Shown: positions 1 through 10,580, numbered from the stretch's first letter. The stretch: DNA of 64,000 nucleotides from Thiotrichales bacterium (GCA_947476405.1 CANJQG010000002.1:7050-71049); one strand, 5' to 3'. Program-made: numbers and translations. Notes: generated from the sequence alone by a model not told the origin.

Positions 1-566
1 TGGCTTTGGCTGAAATAAAAGGCCAGCGCCCCGTTAAAATAACAGAACTTCAGCATTTACCCAGCATCATGAATCAAATTCTCAACTTAGACAAAGAAAT
101 TGAAAAACTGGCAGAAAAATTTAAAGACAAAGAGCATGCCTTATTTTTAGGTCGTCATGTCTATTATCCACTTGCAATGGAAGCCGCTTTAAAAATGAAA
201 GAGATTTCCTACATTCACGCAGAGGCCTATGCAGCAGGGGAACTCAAACACGGCCCATTAGCGCTCGTCGATGATAAAATGCCTGTGATTGTGTTCCTTC
301 CACCCGATGCTTTAGAGGAAAAAACCCGCTCCAATATCGAAGAAATCGCCACACGCGGTGGTGAACTCTACGTCTTTGGTCAAGTGGATCAAATACCTGA
401 ACATGTTCATGCTAAATGGATTCACATTCCCTTTAATACGAATCCTGTACTCTATCCCTTGATTGCGATTATTGCGATGCAGCTTTTAGCGTATCATGTC
501 GCAGTTTTAAAAGGGACCGATGTGGATCAACCCCGAAATTTAGCCAAAAGTGTCACTGTTGAATAA
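1..566 (+). CDS. glmS: Glutamine--fructose-6-phosphate aminotransferase, C-terminal (SIS domain) part; 5-prime end lies outside the window
   Basis: Frame is open to the window edge. Tail ...[12 protein letters not shown]...[27 protein letters not shown] matches the conserved GlmS C-terminus. Confidence 0.9.
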   Translation, partial: ALAEIKGQRPVKITELQHLPSIMNQILNLDKEIEKLAEKFKDKEHALFLGRHVYYPLAMEAALKMKEISYIHAEAYAAGELKHGPLALVDDKMPVIVFLPPDALEEKTRSNIEEIATRGGELYVFGQVDQIPEHVHAKWIHIPFNTNPVLYPLIAIIAMQLLAYHVAVLKGTDVDQPRNLAKSVTVE

Positions 567-589
567 TGAAACCTGATGGCCCGAGGGGT

Positions 590-730
590 TCAAGGAGACG
601 TTTTCTCAATGGTATAGTGCTTTGCGCCATAATACCCGCCAGCAGCACCTCCGCCCACCCACATGGCAATGCAACCACTCAGAAAGAAGGTCATAATCAA
701 TAATGGAATAGCGAGCTTTAATTTTTTCAT
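590..730 (-). CDS. Small glycine-rich lipoprotein (46 aa), too short for the ORF track
   Basis: Hand translation of the minus strand: MKKLKLAIPLLIMTFFLSGCIAMWVGGGAAGGYYGAKHYTIEKTSP*. ATG at 730-728, TGA at 592-590. Signal peptide plus lipobox L-S-G-C. Confidence 0.5.
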   Translation of the reverse strand: MKKLKLAIPLLIMTFFLSGCIAMWVGGGAAGGYYGAKHYTIEKTSP

Positions 731-805
731 TCAATTATTATACCTGACTTGACCCCAATCCTCAAGTCAACGGATAATAGCACTTATGCAAAAACAGGAT
801 TCTCT

Positions 806-2305
806 ATGCTAAAATTTCTTTATAGCTTTATCGCCGGTGCCTTGCTGGTTCTTGGTTTTAGCCCTTTTAATCTGTGGATCTTTGGCTTGATTTCTGCCGC
901 TGCATTTTTAGGTTTGATTCAAAATAGAACCCCAAGACACGCCTTTTTAATGGGCCTGTGTTTTGGATTGGGCCTGTTTGGCTTCGGGGCGTCATGGATC
1001 TTTGTCAGCATTGACACCTATGGCAACACGAATATTGTCGTCTCCTCGCTCATTACCTTTTTATTTGTGTTGATTCTATCGCTTTTCCCTGCGTTTCAGG
1101 CATGGATTTCAAAACGCTTTTTTAAAGGTCCGTTTTGCATAGAAGCCCTCCTCGTTTTCCCCAGTCTTTGGACCCTTCTTGAATTGATTCGAGGCAGTTT
1201 ATTCACGGGCTTCCCCTGGTTATTATTGGGTTATACGCAAACTTTTACTTTTTTATCCGGCTATGCCAAATGTTTCAGCGTGTTTGGGCTGTCTTGGGTT
1301 GTTGCTTTTTTAGCAGGATTATTGGTTTTAATTCTTCAAGCAATCCGGCAAAAAAAATATGACCTGCGCCTGCTGGCCAGCCTGATTCTCGCTGGATTGA
1401 TTTTAATGGGCGGAGCTGTTTTACACCATCAAAAATTTGTCAAATCGCTCCCTGGCCCAGCCTTAAAAGTCGCGCTGGTGCAAGGCAATATCCCTCAAAT
1501 TATCAAATGGTCACCTGAAGCTTTGCAAGACATTACCTTGATTTATTCCAAACTCACGGGCCCAATTTTGGATACACCACTGATTGTGTGGCCTGAAAAT
1601 GCAATTCCTGATTTCCCTGAAAATATTATTTCCTTTATTGATACCCTGGATAATACAACGGCCCAGTTCAAAAGCGCAATTGTTTTCGGCCTTCCCATTG
1701 ACAATCCTAATAACCACACCTATTACAATGGCGCCCTGGCTTTAGGGGATGCAAATGGCATGTATTTGAAACAACATCTGGTTCCCTTTGGCGAATATGT
1801 TCCCTGGGGCTTACAATCTTTTTATAACTTTATGAATATTCCAATGTCCAATTTTACAGCAGGCCCCTCCGAAGTCATTCCCATGCAAATTCATGGCTTA
1901 CCGGTGTCTGTCTTTATTTGCTATGAATCCGCCTACCCCATGGAAATACGCCATGTTGCGCATAGTGCCTATATCATTACCCTGAGTGATGACAGTTGGT
2001 TTGGCCGTTCACTCGGGCCCTATCAGCATCAGGAAATCGCTGCCATGCGTGCCATCGAAACCGGTCGCCCTATTTTACGTGATACCAATAGCGGCATCAC
2101 CAGCATTATCAACAGTCAGGGGCAGATTACGGCCATCGCACCGATGTTTGTCGCCACCGTCCTCAAAGGGGACATCACGCCCGTCACCGGCACCACACCC
2201 TGGCTCAATTGGGGCATTCTGCCCGTGATTATTTTTAACTTTATTTTACTCCTTCTGGCCCTTGCCTTCCGCTGGATTAAAAAAACAGGATGCGCAGAAA
2301 AATGA
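806..2305 (+). CDS. lnt: Apolipoprotein N-acyltransferase
   Basis: Multi-TM N-terminus followed by a CN-hydrolase domain (VALVQGNIPQ..., ICYESAYP with catalytic Cys context). I prefer the ATG at 806 (MLKFLYSF...) over the TTG at 749 used in the track. Confidence 0.85.
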   Translation: MLKFLYSFIAGALLVLGFSPFNLWIFGLISAAAFLGLIQNRTPRHAFLMGLCFGLGLFGFGASWIFVSIDTYGNTNIVVSSLITFLFVLILSLFPAFQAWISKRFFKGPFCIEALLVFPSLWTLLELIRGSLFTGFPWLLLGYTQTFTFLSGYAKCFSVFGLSWVVAFLAGLLVLILQAIRQKKYDLRLLASLILAGLILMGGAVLHHQKFVKSLPGPALKVALVQGNIPQIIKWSPEALQDITLIYSKLTGPILDTPLIVWPENAIPDFPENIISFIDTLDNTTAQFKSAIVFGLPIDNPNNHTYYNGALALGDANGMYLKQHLVPFGEYVPWGLQSFYNFMNIPMSNFTAGPSEVIPMQIHGLPVSVFICYESAYPMEIRHVAHSAYIITLSDDSWFGRSLGPYQHQEIAAMRAIETGRPILRDTNSGITSIINSQGQITAIAPMFVATVLKGDITPVTGTTPWLNWGILPVIIFNFILLLLALAFRWIKKTGCAEK

Positions 2306-2706
2306 TCAAAAAAATCTTTGCAGGGAGCCTTTTATCATTAGGCTTAAGCAGCAGCACGTTGTATGCAGAAACTGTGCCCACTCCAAACGGAACTTGGCTT
2401 CTTGGCGTTTGCAGTGGCCTGATCACCGACACCACGCCCACTCCCAACAATAATTTTTGCGCCGGATTGATACAGGGCGTCATGCTATCCTGGTATACCG
2501 CTGAACAACAAGTGAATCCAGAAGGTGCGACTTTTTGGATTAACGAATTCGGCAATATTCCCGCTTTTGATTCCGCCAAAATGGTTGTAAAATATTTAGG
2601 TCAAAACCCGCAGGCCCTACAACAAGGGGCAGTCAACCTAATTATTGCCGCGATCAATCAAAATTATCCAATTCCCCCCGCAGCCACACCGCATCAAAAT
2701 GAATAA
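2302..2706 (+). CDS. Secreted hypothetical protein, start overlaps the lnt stop (ATGA)
   Basis: Signal-peptide-like N-terminus MIKKIFAGSLLSLGLSSSTLYA. ATG 2302 overlaps TGA 2303-2305; an alternative ATG lies at 2290. No family recognised. Confidence 0.5.
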   Translation: MIKKIFAGSLLSLGLSSSTLYAETVPTPNGTWLLGVCSGLITDTTPTPNNNFCAGLIQGVMLSWYTAEQQVNPEGATFWINEFGNIPAFDSAKMVVKYLGQNPQALQQGAVNLIIAAINQNYPIPPAATPHQNE

Positions 2707-2709
2707 ATT

Positions 2710-3279
2710 TTAATGCTGAATATCATGTGCAAATAAAACCTTCCAAATCGTCAATATAATGATTTTGAAGTCAAAGCACAATGATTGCCGATGCATGTAC
2801 TCAGAATCCAGCTGCGCTTTTTCTTCCACCCCTACATGATCACGACCGTTGATCTGCGCCCACCCCGTAATCCCTGGCAGGATGGTATCAACCCCTAAGG
2901 CTTTACGACGCAAAACCAAGTCCGTTTCTGAAGGAATAACCGGACGGGGTCCGACCAGGCTCATTTCGCCGCGAATGACATTCCAAAGCTGCGGGATTTC
3001 ATCCAAGCTGGTTTTTCGCAAAAATTTCCCAATTCGTGTGAGGTATTGAATCGCATCGATGTCATGACTGGCTAATAAGGGCGCGCCAACGTTCATGGTG
3101 CGGAATTTTAGGAAATCAAATAAAATCCCATTTTTGCCGCAGCGTTGGGAGATAAATAAAACAGGGCCTTCTGATGAGATTTTGATGAATATCGCAGCAA
3201 ACAGCCAAAGTGGGGAGGATAATATCAAAAAGAGCGTTGCAAAAAAAAGGTCAAATAAGCGCTTTAAATAACGATACAT
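2710..3279 (-). CDS. Small bacterial sugar transferase (PglC/WbaP-C-terminal-like phosphoglycosyl transferase)
   Basis: N-terminal reentrant helix, then KFRTM..., [31 protein letters not shown], as in the bacterial sugar transferase family. ATG at 3279 preferred over TTG at 3306. Confidence 0.8.
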   Translation of the reverse strand: MYRYLKRLFDLFFATLFLILSSPLWLFAAIFIKISSEGPVLFISQRCGKNGILFDFLKFRTMNVGAPLLASHDIDAIQYLTRIGKFLRKTSLDEIPQLWNVIRGEMSLVGPRPVIPSETDLVLRRKALGVDTILPGITGWAQINGRDHVGVEEKAQLDSEYMHRQSLCFDFKIIILTIWKVLFAHDIQH

Positions 3280-3283
3280 GTCA

Positions 3284-5131
3284 TCACCCCCGGTACTCAG
3301 GTACAATCAATTTGAGTTTCTCTAAAATTTCAACCACAGAATACTGATGCAGCATTTCAATTAATTGCTCAATTTGCCCTTTGAGGGCATCATTTTTAAA
3401 GGTACAAGACGATTGCATAATCTTTTGATGATCTGTTGGGGTCAAATCTTCATGAGCATAAAATAATTCTTCAAATAATTTTTCGCCGGGCCGCAATCCG
3501 GTATAAACAATCTCAATATCACGCCCCAATTCCTTGCCTGAAAATTGAATCAACCGCTCGGCTAGATATTGAATTTTAATTGGCTCGCCCATATCCAAGA
3601 CAAACGTCTCGCCCCCTTTGCCCAAAGTCCCCGCCTGCAAAATCAAGCGACAAGCCTCTGGAATAGTCATAAAATAGCGAGTGATTTCGGGATGCGTTAC
3701 AGTAACCGGGCCGCCACCCTCAATCTGTTTACGAAACAAAGGGACCACACTGCCGGCAGAGTTAATCACATTACCAAAGCGCACCACCATAAACTGCGTC
3801 TTCGATCCATTTTGATTCAAAGCCTGACAATACGATTCACCCATTCTTTTGGTTGCACCCATAATATTCGTGGGATTTACCGCTTTATCTGTTGAAATAA
3901 AAATAAATTTTTTGACCCCATACTGAATCGCAAAATCCGCTGCAAGCTTTGTTCCCAGCACATTATTTTTAATCGCAACATCATGCTGACATTCGAGCAT
4001 TGGGACATGCTTATACGCTGCAGCATGAAACATAATTTTGGGCTGATACTGACTCAAAACCTTCTCCATAAAAATAGGATCTGTCACTGAGCCTAAACAA
4101 ATCTCATATTGAACTTGATTCGCCATCGCATGCAATTCCTGATCAATCTGATATAAATTAAATTCAGAATGATCAAGAACAATTAATTTTTTAGGAGCAA
4201 AACGCGCAATTTGACGACATAACTCACTACCAATCGATCCTCCACCCCCGGTGACTAATATCACTTCCCCATTCAAGAGCGCGCCAATTTTGCCCGTATC
4301 AATATAAATTTCTTCGCGTCCAATCAAATCCTCTACCGATACCTGACGCAAATGTCCTAAATTAACCTGAGAAGAAGTGAGCTCTTGCAAACTAGGCAAG
4401 GTTGAATAAGGCAGATCTAAGCCCTCACATAAATCCACCACACGTCGCATTTCCTTTGCTGACATGGAAGGAATCGCAATAAAAACATGCTCAATTTTGT
4501 ATTGCGCCACGACATCAATAAGATTAGAAATCTTACCCACCACACGCACTCCGTGCAAATCACGGCCATGCTTTACAGGATGATCATCCAAAAAGGCCAC
4601 GGGCTTATATTTTTGTGTGGCATGCCGAAATAAATCCCGAATCAGCCCTTCTCCTGCATCCCCTGCACCAATAATTAAAACCCGCTTTGCTGCGCCCATT
4701 CCCCCATAGCTTCTACAAAATCGATAGACGGTACGCGTCGCTCCTAAAATCAAGATCAAAAAAATAAAATACAAGATAGGCACTGAGCGAGGCAAAATAT
4801 AGACATGATGTGCTGCTGTAAAAAACCAAAACGCGACGAGAAATAAGGCTCCAAACGCAGCGGCTTTCACAATTCGAATTAAGTCTGGAATCGATGCAAA
4901 CCGCCATACCCCACGATACAAACCAAATAATGCAAAGAAAAAAAACTGTACCGGAAAAACCATCATAAAAAAATGCGTTAATACATTCAATGAAAATAAT
5001 GGCGTCGATTCAAAACTAAACCGAAAACAATACGCAAAGAAAAATGCCAGACCAATTGAAAGCAAATCAGCTATCATTGCCAGACCCCGATTGCGATAAA
5101 TTGTCCAGAAATGCATTATTTCTTTTTTCAT
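3284..5131 (-). CDS. Membrane-anchored nucleotide-sugar 4,6-dehydratase/epimerase (CapD/PglF/WbpM family)
   Basis: About four N-terminal TM segments. Two Rossmann motifs (RVLIIGAGDAGEGL; ILVTGGGGSIGSEL). FHAAAYKHVP and ISTDKAV, typical of CapD-like SDR proteins. Confidence 0.85.
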   Translation of the reverse strand: MKKEIMHFWTIYRNRGLAMIADLLSIGLAFFFAYCFRFSFESTPLFSLNVLTHFFMMVFPVQFFFFALFGLYRGVWRFASIPDLIRIVKAAAFGALFLVAFWFFTAAHHVYILPRSVPILYFIFLILILGATRTVYRFCRSYGGMGAAKRVLIIGAGDAGEGLIRDLFRHATQKYKPVAFLDDHPVKHGRDLHGVRVVGKISNLIDVVAQYKIEHVFIAIPSMSAKEMRRVVDLCEGLDLPYSTLPSLQELTSSQVNLGHLRQVSVEDLIGREEIYIDTGKIGALLNGEVILVTGGGGSIGSELCRQIARFAPKKLIVLDHSEFNLYQIDQELHAMANQVQYEICLGSVTDPIFMEKVLSQYQPKIMFHAAAYKHVPMLECQHDVAIKNNVLGTKLAADFAIQYGVKKFIFISTDKAVNPTNIMGATKRMGESYCQALNQNGSKTQFMVVRFGNVINSAGSVVPLFRKQIEGGGPVTVTHPEITRYFMTIPEACRLILQAGTLGKGGETFVLDMGEPIKIQYLAERLIQFSGKELGRDIEIVYTGLRPGEKLFEELFYAHEDLTPTDHQKIMQSSCTFKNDALKGQIEQLIEMLHQYSVVEILEKLKLIVPEYRG

Positions 5132-6279
5132 TTTACAGCCTCAGCAATCACTTGCTTCACTAAATTTGCCATTTTATGCATATCCGCTTCATCATACACC
5201 GGATCAACCATAAAACATAAACTATGATCAGCCCATAATTGTGCATGATGAAAGCGCTCGCTGGGGGCTAAGCCTGCATTAATAAAGACCTGCTCCCGAT
5301 AAATTTCAGGGCAATTTCCAACCAGACATCTCACCCCAGCAACATTAATCGATGCCATCAGCTGATCACGATCCCAGCCTGCTTTGACAAAAACATAATA
5401 CCGATAATATGCATGCAAGTCACTCTCTGTTGGCTCCTGCAACTTAAACACCTCTAAATCTTTAAAGGCATCCCGTAAAATAAAAGCATTACGCTGACGA
5501 ATATGCTGCCACTGACGCAGTTTTTTCAACTGAATCCGCCCTACCGCAGCCTGAGCCTCAGTCATGCGATAATTACTGCCAAACGAATCATGCAGCCAGC
5601 GGAATCCAGGAGGATGCGCTTTATTAAATACTGTATCGTAATCTTTACCATGATCTTTATAAGCCCACGCTTTTTTCCATAAAGCACGATCATGGGTTGC
5701 AACCAACCCCCCCTCACCCATGGTCGTGATAATTTTATCCTGACAAAATGAAAATGCGGACATGTGTCCAAACCGTCCCACAGGCTGACCATTAATTTTT
5801 GCACCATGTGCTTGGGCACAATCTTCAATCACGTAGAGATCATGCTGCTTGGCGAAGGCCATGATGGCTTCCATATCACAAGGCCAGCCGCCATTATGCA
5901 TCGCTATAATAGCTTTTGTTTTAGCATTGACGTGAGGTTTAATCGTTTCGACACAGATATTTTGCGAAATCAGATCAATATCACAGACCACTGGTTTTGC
6001 GCCCACTTGGACTACACAGCTGGCAGTGGCTAAGAAAGTTCGGCATGGCAGAATGACTTCATCTCCTGGCCCTATGTCCATCGCAATCAAACAGAGTTCT
6101 AAAGCATTAGTACCATTGGCGACTGCGATAGCATGATTCACACCAAGATATTCAGCGTATTCTTTTTCAAATGACTTCCCTTCCTCTCCGGTCCAGTAGT
6201 TTACTTTTCCAGACTCTAGGACTTTGACGACCGCATTGATTTCGTCTTGTGGGTAGAGGGGCCATTTTTTTCCGAACAT
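5128..6279 (-). CDS. DegT/DnrJ/EryC1/StrS-family PLP aminotransferase (PglE-like)
   Basis: NGTNALELCL, DEVILPCRTFLATA, and SFCQDKIITTMGEGG (PLP lysine context). 4-nt overlap with the dehydratase gene. Confidence 0.85.
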   Translation of the reverse strand: MFGKKWPLYPQDEINAVVKVLESGKVNYWTGEEGKSFEKEYAEYLGVNHAIAVANGTNALELCLIAMDIGPGDEVILPCRTFLATASCVVQVGAKPVVCDIDLISQNICVETIKPHVNAKTKAIIAMHNGGWPCDMEAIMAFAKQHDLYVIEDCAQAHGAKINGQPVGRFGHMSAFSFCQDKIITTMGEGGLVATHDRALWKKAWAYKDHGKDYDTVFNKAHPPGFRWLHDSFGSNYRMTEAQAAVGRIQLKKLRQWQHIRQRNAFILRDAFKDLEVFKLQEPTESDLHAYYRYYVFVKAGWDRDQLMASINVAGVRCLVGNCPEIYREQVFINAGLAPSERFHHAQLWADHSLCFMVDPVYDEADMHKMANLVKQVIAEAVK

Positions 6280-6906
6280 TTAATTCTCTCCCGTAAACTT
6301 TTTCATTGTCACTTGCCCTGACTGCTTTATTCCTTCTGGCCTTAACACTTTTTTAATGGTCAGCAACATAATTTTCATATCCAAAAAAAAGCATTGATGA
6401 TCAACATACCAACAATCCAATTTAAATTTCTCGGGCCAAGAAATCGCATTTCGGCCATTTACTTGCGCCCAACCAGTCATTCCAGGTTTAACCGAATGAC
6501 GGCGCTGCTGTTCCATATTATATAACGGCAAATAATCTACCAATAGAGGGCGAGGGCCAACAAAACGCATATCCCCTTTTAAGATATTCCACAATTGTGG
6601 CAGCTCATCGAGGCTTGACGCCCGTAAAAATTTTCCAAATCCGTTTAAACGGATAGAATCAGGCAACAATATTCCTTGCTGATCGCGCTGATCCGTCATA
6701 CTTCGAAATTTATAGACCTTAAAAATTTTCTCATGCTGACCAATACGATCTTGTATAAAAAAAGCGGGAGATCCTAAAAAACACTTCACCAAAATAAACA
6801 CCAGCAAAATCAGCCAACTGAAACAGATCAGCAGCAATAAGGCAAACGCACTATCAAAAATCGGTTTAAAAAAATGTAACCACATACTTTGCTGAAACCT
6901 AGTCAT
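6280..6906 (-). CDS. Second small bacterial sugar transferase (PglC-like phosphoglycosyl transferase)
   Basis: [37 protein letters not shown]. Abuts the aminotransferase gene with no gap. Confidence 0.8.
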   Translation of the reverse strand: MTRFQQSMWLHFFKPIFDSAFALLLLICFSWLILLVFILVKCFLGSPAFFIQDRIGQHEKIFKVYKFRSMTDQRDQQGILLPDSIRLNGFGKFLRASSLDELPQLWNILKGDMRFVGPRPLLVDYLPLYNMEQQRRHSVKPGMTGWAQVNGRNAISWPEKFKLDCWYVDHQCFFLDMKIMLLTIKKVLRPEGIKQSGQVTMKKFTGEN

Positions 6907-7210
6907 TTTAAAGCTGAGAACAGTCTATACAATTTACCTAAAGGAATAAAGGAAATCTCAGGTGAGATTCAGGGCCACCTCATGATTCTGTGAGACTTGA
7001 CGTTAATCCGTCGTCCTGATAATGCGCAGCATTCATCAGTAGGCTTTGGTCAGTGGCTTGGCATTAATAAAAAATATACCCTTAATTCTACCCCTTTTCA
7101 AGGCGGATGGTGCTGAACTTTGGCGAACGATTTTGAATGATAAAATGAGTTGAAAGCCTTTTTGGATATGGGCTGGACGGATATTGGTGAACGTTGTTGG
7201 AAGCTAACAT

Positions 7211-7298
<88 letters not shown>

Positions 7299-7375
7299 GA
7301 TGACAATAAGACTGCCATGTCCGGGTATTCTACAAGGGTTTCTTAAAAAATTCAACTGATAAAAAATGGGCTTGT

Positions 7376-7927
7376 TTACTCGGGGCGCTTACAGAGCCAA
7401 TTTTCACGATAATACTTCAGCTCTTCAATTGATTCTTGAATATCGAGCAAAGCTTGATGCTTACCCTGTTTTTTAAATCCCTTGTAAATAGAAGGCTCCC
7501 AACGCTTTGCGCATTCCTTAAAAGTGCTTACATCCAACAAGCGATAATGAAAATAGGATTCCAAGGCCGGCATATATTTTGAAAGAAATCGGCGATCCTG
7601 CCAAATCGTATTACCACACATGGGTGAGGTGCCTTTTTTTACCCATTTTTCTAAAAAATGCAACATCTCAGACTCGGCAATGACCTCTGTAATTAAACTT
7701 TCTTTAACACGCTCAATCAAACCTGATGCGCCATGGTGCTTAATATTCCAGGCATCCATCTTGGCAAGTTGCTCATCAGATTGATGAATCGCAAATACGG
7801 GCGCTTCAGCTAAAATAGTGAGATCCGAATCAGTGACCACTAAGGCAATTTCAATAATACAATCGACTTGCGGATTCAAGCCTGTCATTTCAAGATCAAT
7901 CCAAATCAAATTCTTACTTTTTTTCAT
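7376..7927 (-). CDS. orn: Oligoribonuclease
   Basis: DEDDh exonuclease motifs: [11 protein letters not shown] near the N-terminus and [17 protein letters not shown] near the C-terminus. Size of 183 aa fits. Confidence 0.9.
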   Translation of the reverse strand: MKKSKNLIWIDLEMTGLNPQVDCIIEIALVVTDSDLTILAEAPVFAIHQSDEQLAKMDAWNIKHHGASGLIERVKESLITEVIAESEMLHFLEKWVKKGTSPMCGNTIWQDRRFLSKYMPALESYFHYRLLDVSTFKECAKRWEPSIYKGFKKQGKHQALLDIQESIEELKYYRENWLCKRPE

Positions 7928-7956
7928 GATAAGGGACCGCCTATCGTATCAACTTG

Positions 7957-8032
7957 TGGTGGGTGCTGAGGGGTTCGAACCCGCGACCCTCGCCTTGTAA
8001 GGGCGATGCTCTACCAACTGAGCTAAGCACCC
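7957..8032 (-). tRNA. tRNA-Val (anticodon UAC)
   Basis: Minus strand reads GGGTGCTTAGCTCAGTTGGTAGAGCATCGCCCTTACAAGGCGAGGGTCGCGGGTTCGAACCCCTCAGCACCCACCA. Acceptor, D and anticodon stems pair. There is one C-U mismatch in the T-stem. Confidence 0.85.
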
Positions 8033-8085
8033 AAGTGATGGCGCATTATGCCCGACTATTTCGAGCTTGTCAACAGCATTTTTGA

Positions 8086-8841
8086 TCACTCGATCTCAAA
8101 CCCATTTGGCAAAATAATTTCAGCAAACATCGGCAGGTGATCTGAATAAGGCAAATTCAAAACACCGGCTTTTTGAACCTTTAAAGAATGACTCAACAAA
8201 ATATAATCCAATTGCTTTTTGGGCTTCCAACTAGGGTAAGTCAGCGCATCACTCACAGCAAGATTTAAGCGATTCTTGAAAACATCCAGCTCACCAAGCT
8301 GGCTAGGGGACATATTAAAATCACCCATGACAATGACATGTTCATATTTTTCAGTCAGATCTCTAATAAAGCCCAGTTGTTCAGACTGCGATTTTGGCCC
8401 TAAGGATAAGTGTACGTTCACAATAAATAAGGGGGCATTTTTGGAACCAATACAAAAAGTCGTCACTCCGCGGCCGGGCAATTTTGAAGGCAAAACATAA
8501 TGATTCGCATTATGAATCAAAAAACGGCTTAACAAGCCTTTAGAATGCCGCGCAAAGGGGCCAAAATTACGCGTTGTCTGTTGCTCTGCAAAGGGAAAAG
8601 CGGCTTCTTCTGCTAAGAAATCAACTTGATTAATATAACGACTTCGAATACTTCCCGCATCTAATTCTTGCAAAGCAACGATATCAAAGGGCTTGATCAC
8701 TTCAGCAATTGCCAGTAAATTTCGATTGCGCCGAGGATGAGGGAACAAATGATGCCAACTATGCATAATATAGTGTCGAATTCCATCACTCGGCATTGCA
8801 ACCTGGATATTATAAGTCAATATTTTTAAGATCTGTGACAT
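8086..8841 (-). CDS. Endonuclease/exonuclease/phosphatase (EEP) family protein
   Basis: ILTYNIQ at the N-terminus, ALQELD, GDFN, SDHLP at the C-terminus, matching the EEP fold motif series. Confidence 0.7.
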   Translation of the reverse strand: MSQILKILTYNIQVAMPSDGIRHYIMHSWHHLFPHPRRNRNLLAIAEVIKPFDIVALQELDAGSIRSRYINQVDFLAEEAAFPFAEQQTTRNFGPFARHSKGLLSRFLIHNANHYVLPSKLPGRGVTTFCIGSKNAPLFIVNVHLSLGPKSQSEQLGFIRDLTEKYEHVIVMGDFNMSPSQLGELDVFKNRLNLAVSDALTYPSWKPKKQLDYILLSHSLKVQKAGVLNLPYSDHLPMFAEIILPNGFEIE

Positions 8842-8893
8842 TTCCTTTCCTTTTCACTCAAGCTTGTTTATAGTGAAGTGAATCTACTCCAAT

Positions 8894-9511
8894 ATGAATA
8901 CAATGGAATTGCAATTTAATCAAGCAGAGTTTTTAAAAAGCGCCTTCAAACGCGCTGACCTTCCGCCTGACTTTAATATCGAAATCGCCTTTGCAGGACG
9001 CTCTAATGTGGGAAAATCGAGCGTGATTAACTTACTGACTCAGCAAAAAAAACTCGCCAAAACAAGCAAGACGCCTGGGCGCACACAATCCATTAATTTT
9101 TTTACGGTAACTGGGAATGTGTTTTTGATCGATTTACCGGGTTATGGTTATGCGAAAGTTTCACAAGAAACCAAGGCCCATTGGCAAACTTTTTTAAAGG
9201 GCTATATTTTAGAACGCAAAAGCTTAAAAGGCGTGATGTTGATCATGGATTGTCGCCATCCATTTACCCCTTTAGATCAGCAATTTTTCAGCTTAACCAA
9301 TCAAGTAAACTGCCCCTGTCATATTTTACTTAACAAAGCAGATAAATTAAGTAACAATGAGAAAAGCAAGATCAAACAAACCTTGCTGACTAAAATTTTA
9401 CCAGAACATGCCCACATAACATGGCAATTTTTTTCTGCTTTACGTGGAGAAGGGCTCGACGAAATGAAAAAAAAATTTAGAGAATGGGTAGAACACGATG
9501 AATTAATGTAA
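8894..9511 (+). CDS. engB: Ribosome biogenesis GTP-binding protein YihA/EngB
   Basis: G1 GRSNVGKSS, G3 DLPGYG, G4 NKADK. Size of 205 aa fits. Confidence 0.9.
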   Translation: MNTMELQFNQAEFLKSAFKRADLPPDFNIEIAFAGRSNVGKSSVINLLTQQKKLAKTSKTPGRTQSINFFTVTGNVFLIDLPGYGYAKVSQETKAHWQTFLKGYILERKSLKGVMLIMDCRHPFTPLDQQFFSLTNQVNCPCHILLNKADKLSNNEKSKIKQTLLTKILPEHAHITWQFFSALRGEGLDEMKKKFREWVEHDELM

Positions 9512-9605
9512 CAGCCGTTACATTAATTGATTTTACAGGCCAGATAAAAATGATTATTCTTGACGAAAAGGATTCGTATAAAACTAAATTAGGAAATAGC
9601 TTAGA

Positions 9606-10580
9606 ATGAAATGCTTAAAGCTTCATAAAATCGGTTTAATATCCTTATGTCTGAGCGCTTCTTTTGCAGCTCACGCAGATACCTTTTTAGACCAGACACT
9701 GGCTACAGATACCCCCACTCCTACTTCACAAAGCGCCACAGCAGAACCCGCAGCGCCTATCAGCACGCCTTCATCGACTGATGCAAGCAATGTCGCATTT
9801 CAACAATTATTAAATTCTTACTTCCCCCTCACACCGGATCAAATTCACCAATTTAAAAATGCCACAGCAGTTCAACAAGAGGCCAATGCTGCCCCCCCAG
9901 GAAATAGCCCTCCTGAAGGCACCTCATCCATTATTCCTGTCACTTTAAAACCAGGGGGAGTAATGCCCGTCATCCGCGTTGGCCGTGGCATGATTACATC
10001 TCTCGTGATTACCGATGCGTCTGGCCAGGTCTGGCCAATTACATCTTATAGTATTGGCGATGCATCGTCCTTTGCGGTGCAATGGGCCAAACCCAGTGGC
10101 GTGCTCATGATTCAAGGACAAAAACTCTACGCACAAACCAATATTGGCATTATGCTTCAGGGAATGCAGGTTCCGGTCATGCTGACTTTACTGATTGGCC
10201 AAAACAATAATTGGGATTATCTAGACTATGTCCAGTTAGATCAGAATCAGCCTGGGGATACGAATACACCGCAACCTGTTTCACAAGCACCGGCTTATTT
10301 GGTCGATCTTCTCAATGGCATTCCTCCACCAGGCGCAACAGCACTCACTGTTTCTGATAATAATGCAGGCCAAGTCTGGTCCTATGGCGGACAATATATC
10401 ATGCTAACGAAAGCGACCCTTCTTTCTCCAGCATGGACTTCCCGCGCTAATGGCCCTGGCCCTACGCCTTTCCATGCTTATGCACTCTCCCCCGCACCTG
10501 AACTCCTCATTTCTAACATGGGCAATCTTGAAAAATTATTAGTCAACCCAGGAAGTCAAAATGCTCAAAGCAATCAGTAA
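9606..10580 (+). CDS. icmK: Type IVB secretion outer-membrane core protein IcmK/DotH (TraN-like)
   Basis: Signal peptide. Blocks I remember from DotH: PLTPDQI, VIRVGRGMITSLVITDASGQVWPITSYSIGD, VQW...LMIQG, PVMLTLL.G, LLNGIPPPGA, LLSPAW. Confidence 0.85.
   Translation: MKCLKLHKIGLISLCLSASFAAHADTFLDQTLATDTPTPTSQSATAEPAAPISTPSSTDASNVAFQQLLNSYFPLTPDQIHQFKNATAVQQEANAAPPGNSPPEGTSSIIPVTLKPGGVMPVIRVGRGMITSLVITDASGQVWPITSYSIGDASSFAVQWAKPSGVLMIQGQKLYAQTNIGIMLQGMQVPVMLTLLIGQNNNWDYLDYVQLDQNQPGDTNTPQPVSQAPAYLVDLLNGIPPPGATALTVSDNNAGQVWSYGGQYIMLTKATLLSPAWTSRANGPGPTPFHAYALSPAPELLISNMGNLEKLLVNPGSQNAQSNQ

Noticed and set aside
749-805. N-terminal extensions in the ORF track. Cases: lnt from TTG 749, wrbA to 19472, trhO from 25323, gltX2 to 44624, the AbiEii-like gene to 45600, the kinase to 51457, the repeat protein to 62758, the antitoxin from 21769.
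   Set aside because: In each case an internal ATG coincides with the conserved family N-terminus and/or a Shine-Dalgarno motif. The extensions are low-complexity or overlap neighbouring genes.
2302-2706. Possible Rap1a/Tai4-like immunity protein (FCAGLIQGVMLSWY resembles a C-x-G-Y-I-x-G motif)
   Set aside because: The resemblance is a single short motif recalled from memory, and no T6SS context is present. The feature is kept as a plain secreted hypothetical protein.
9512-9605. Search for PmrA-type (tandem TTAATATT-like) or CpxR-type (GTAAA-N5-GTAAA) boxes upstream of icmK, the OTU gene and the kinase gene
   Set aside because: By eye I found only loose AT-rich resemblance (for example cattaattgatttta), with no convincing tandem site.
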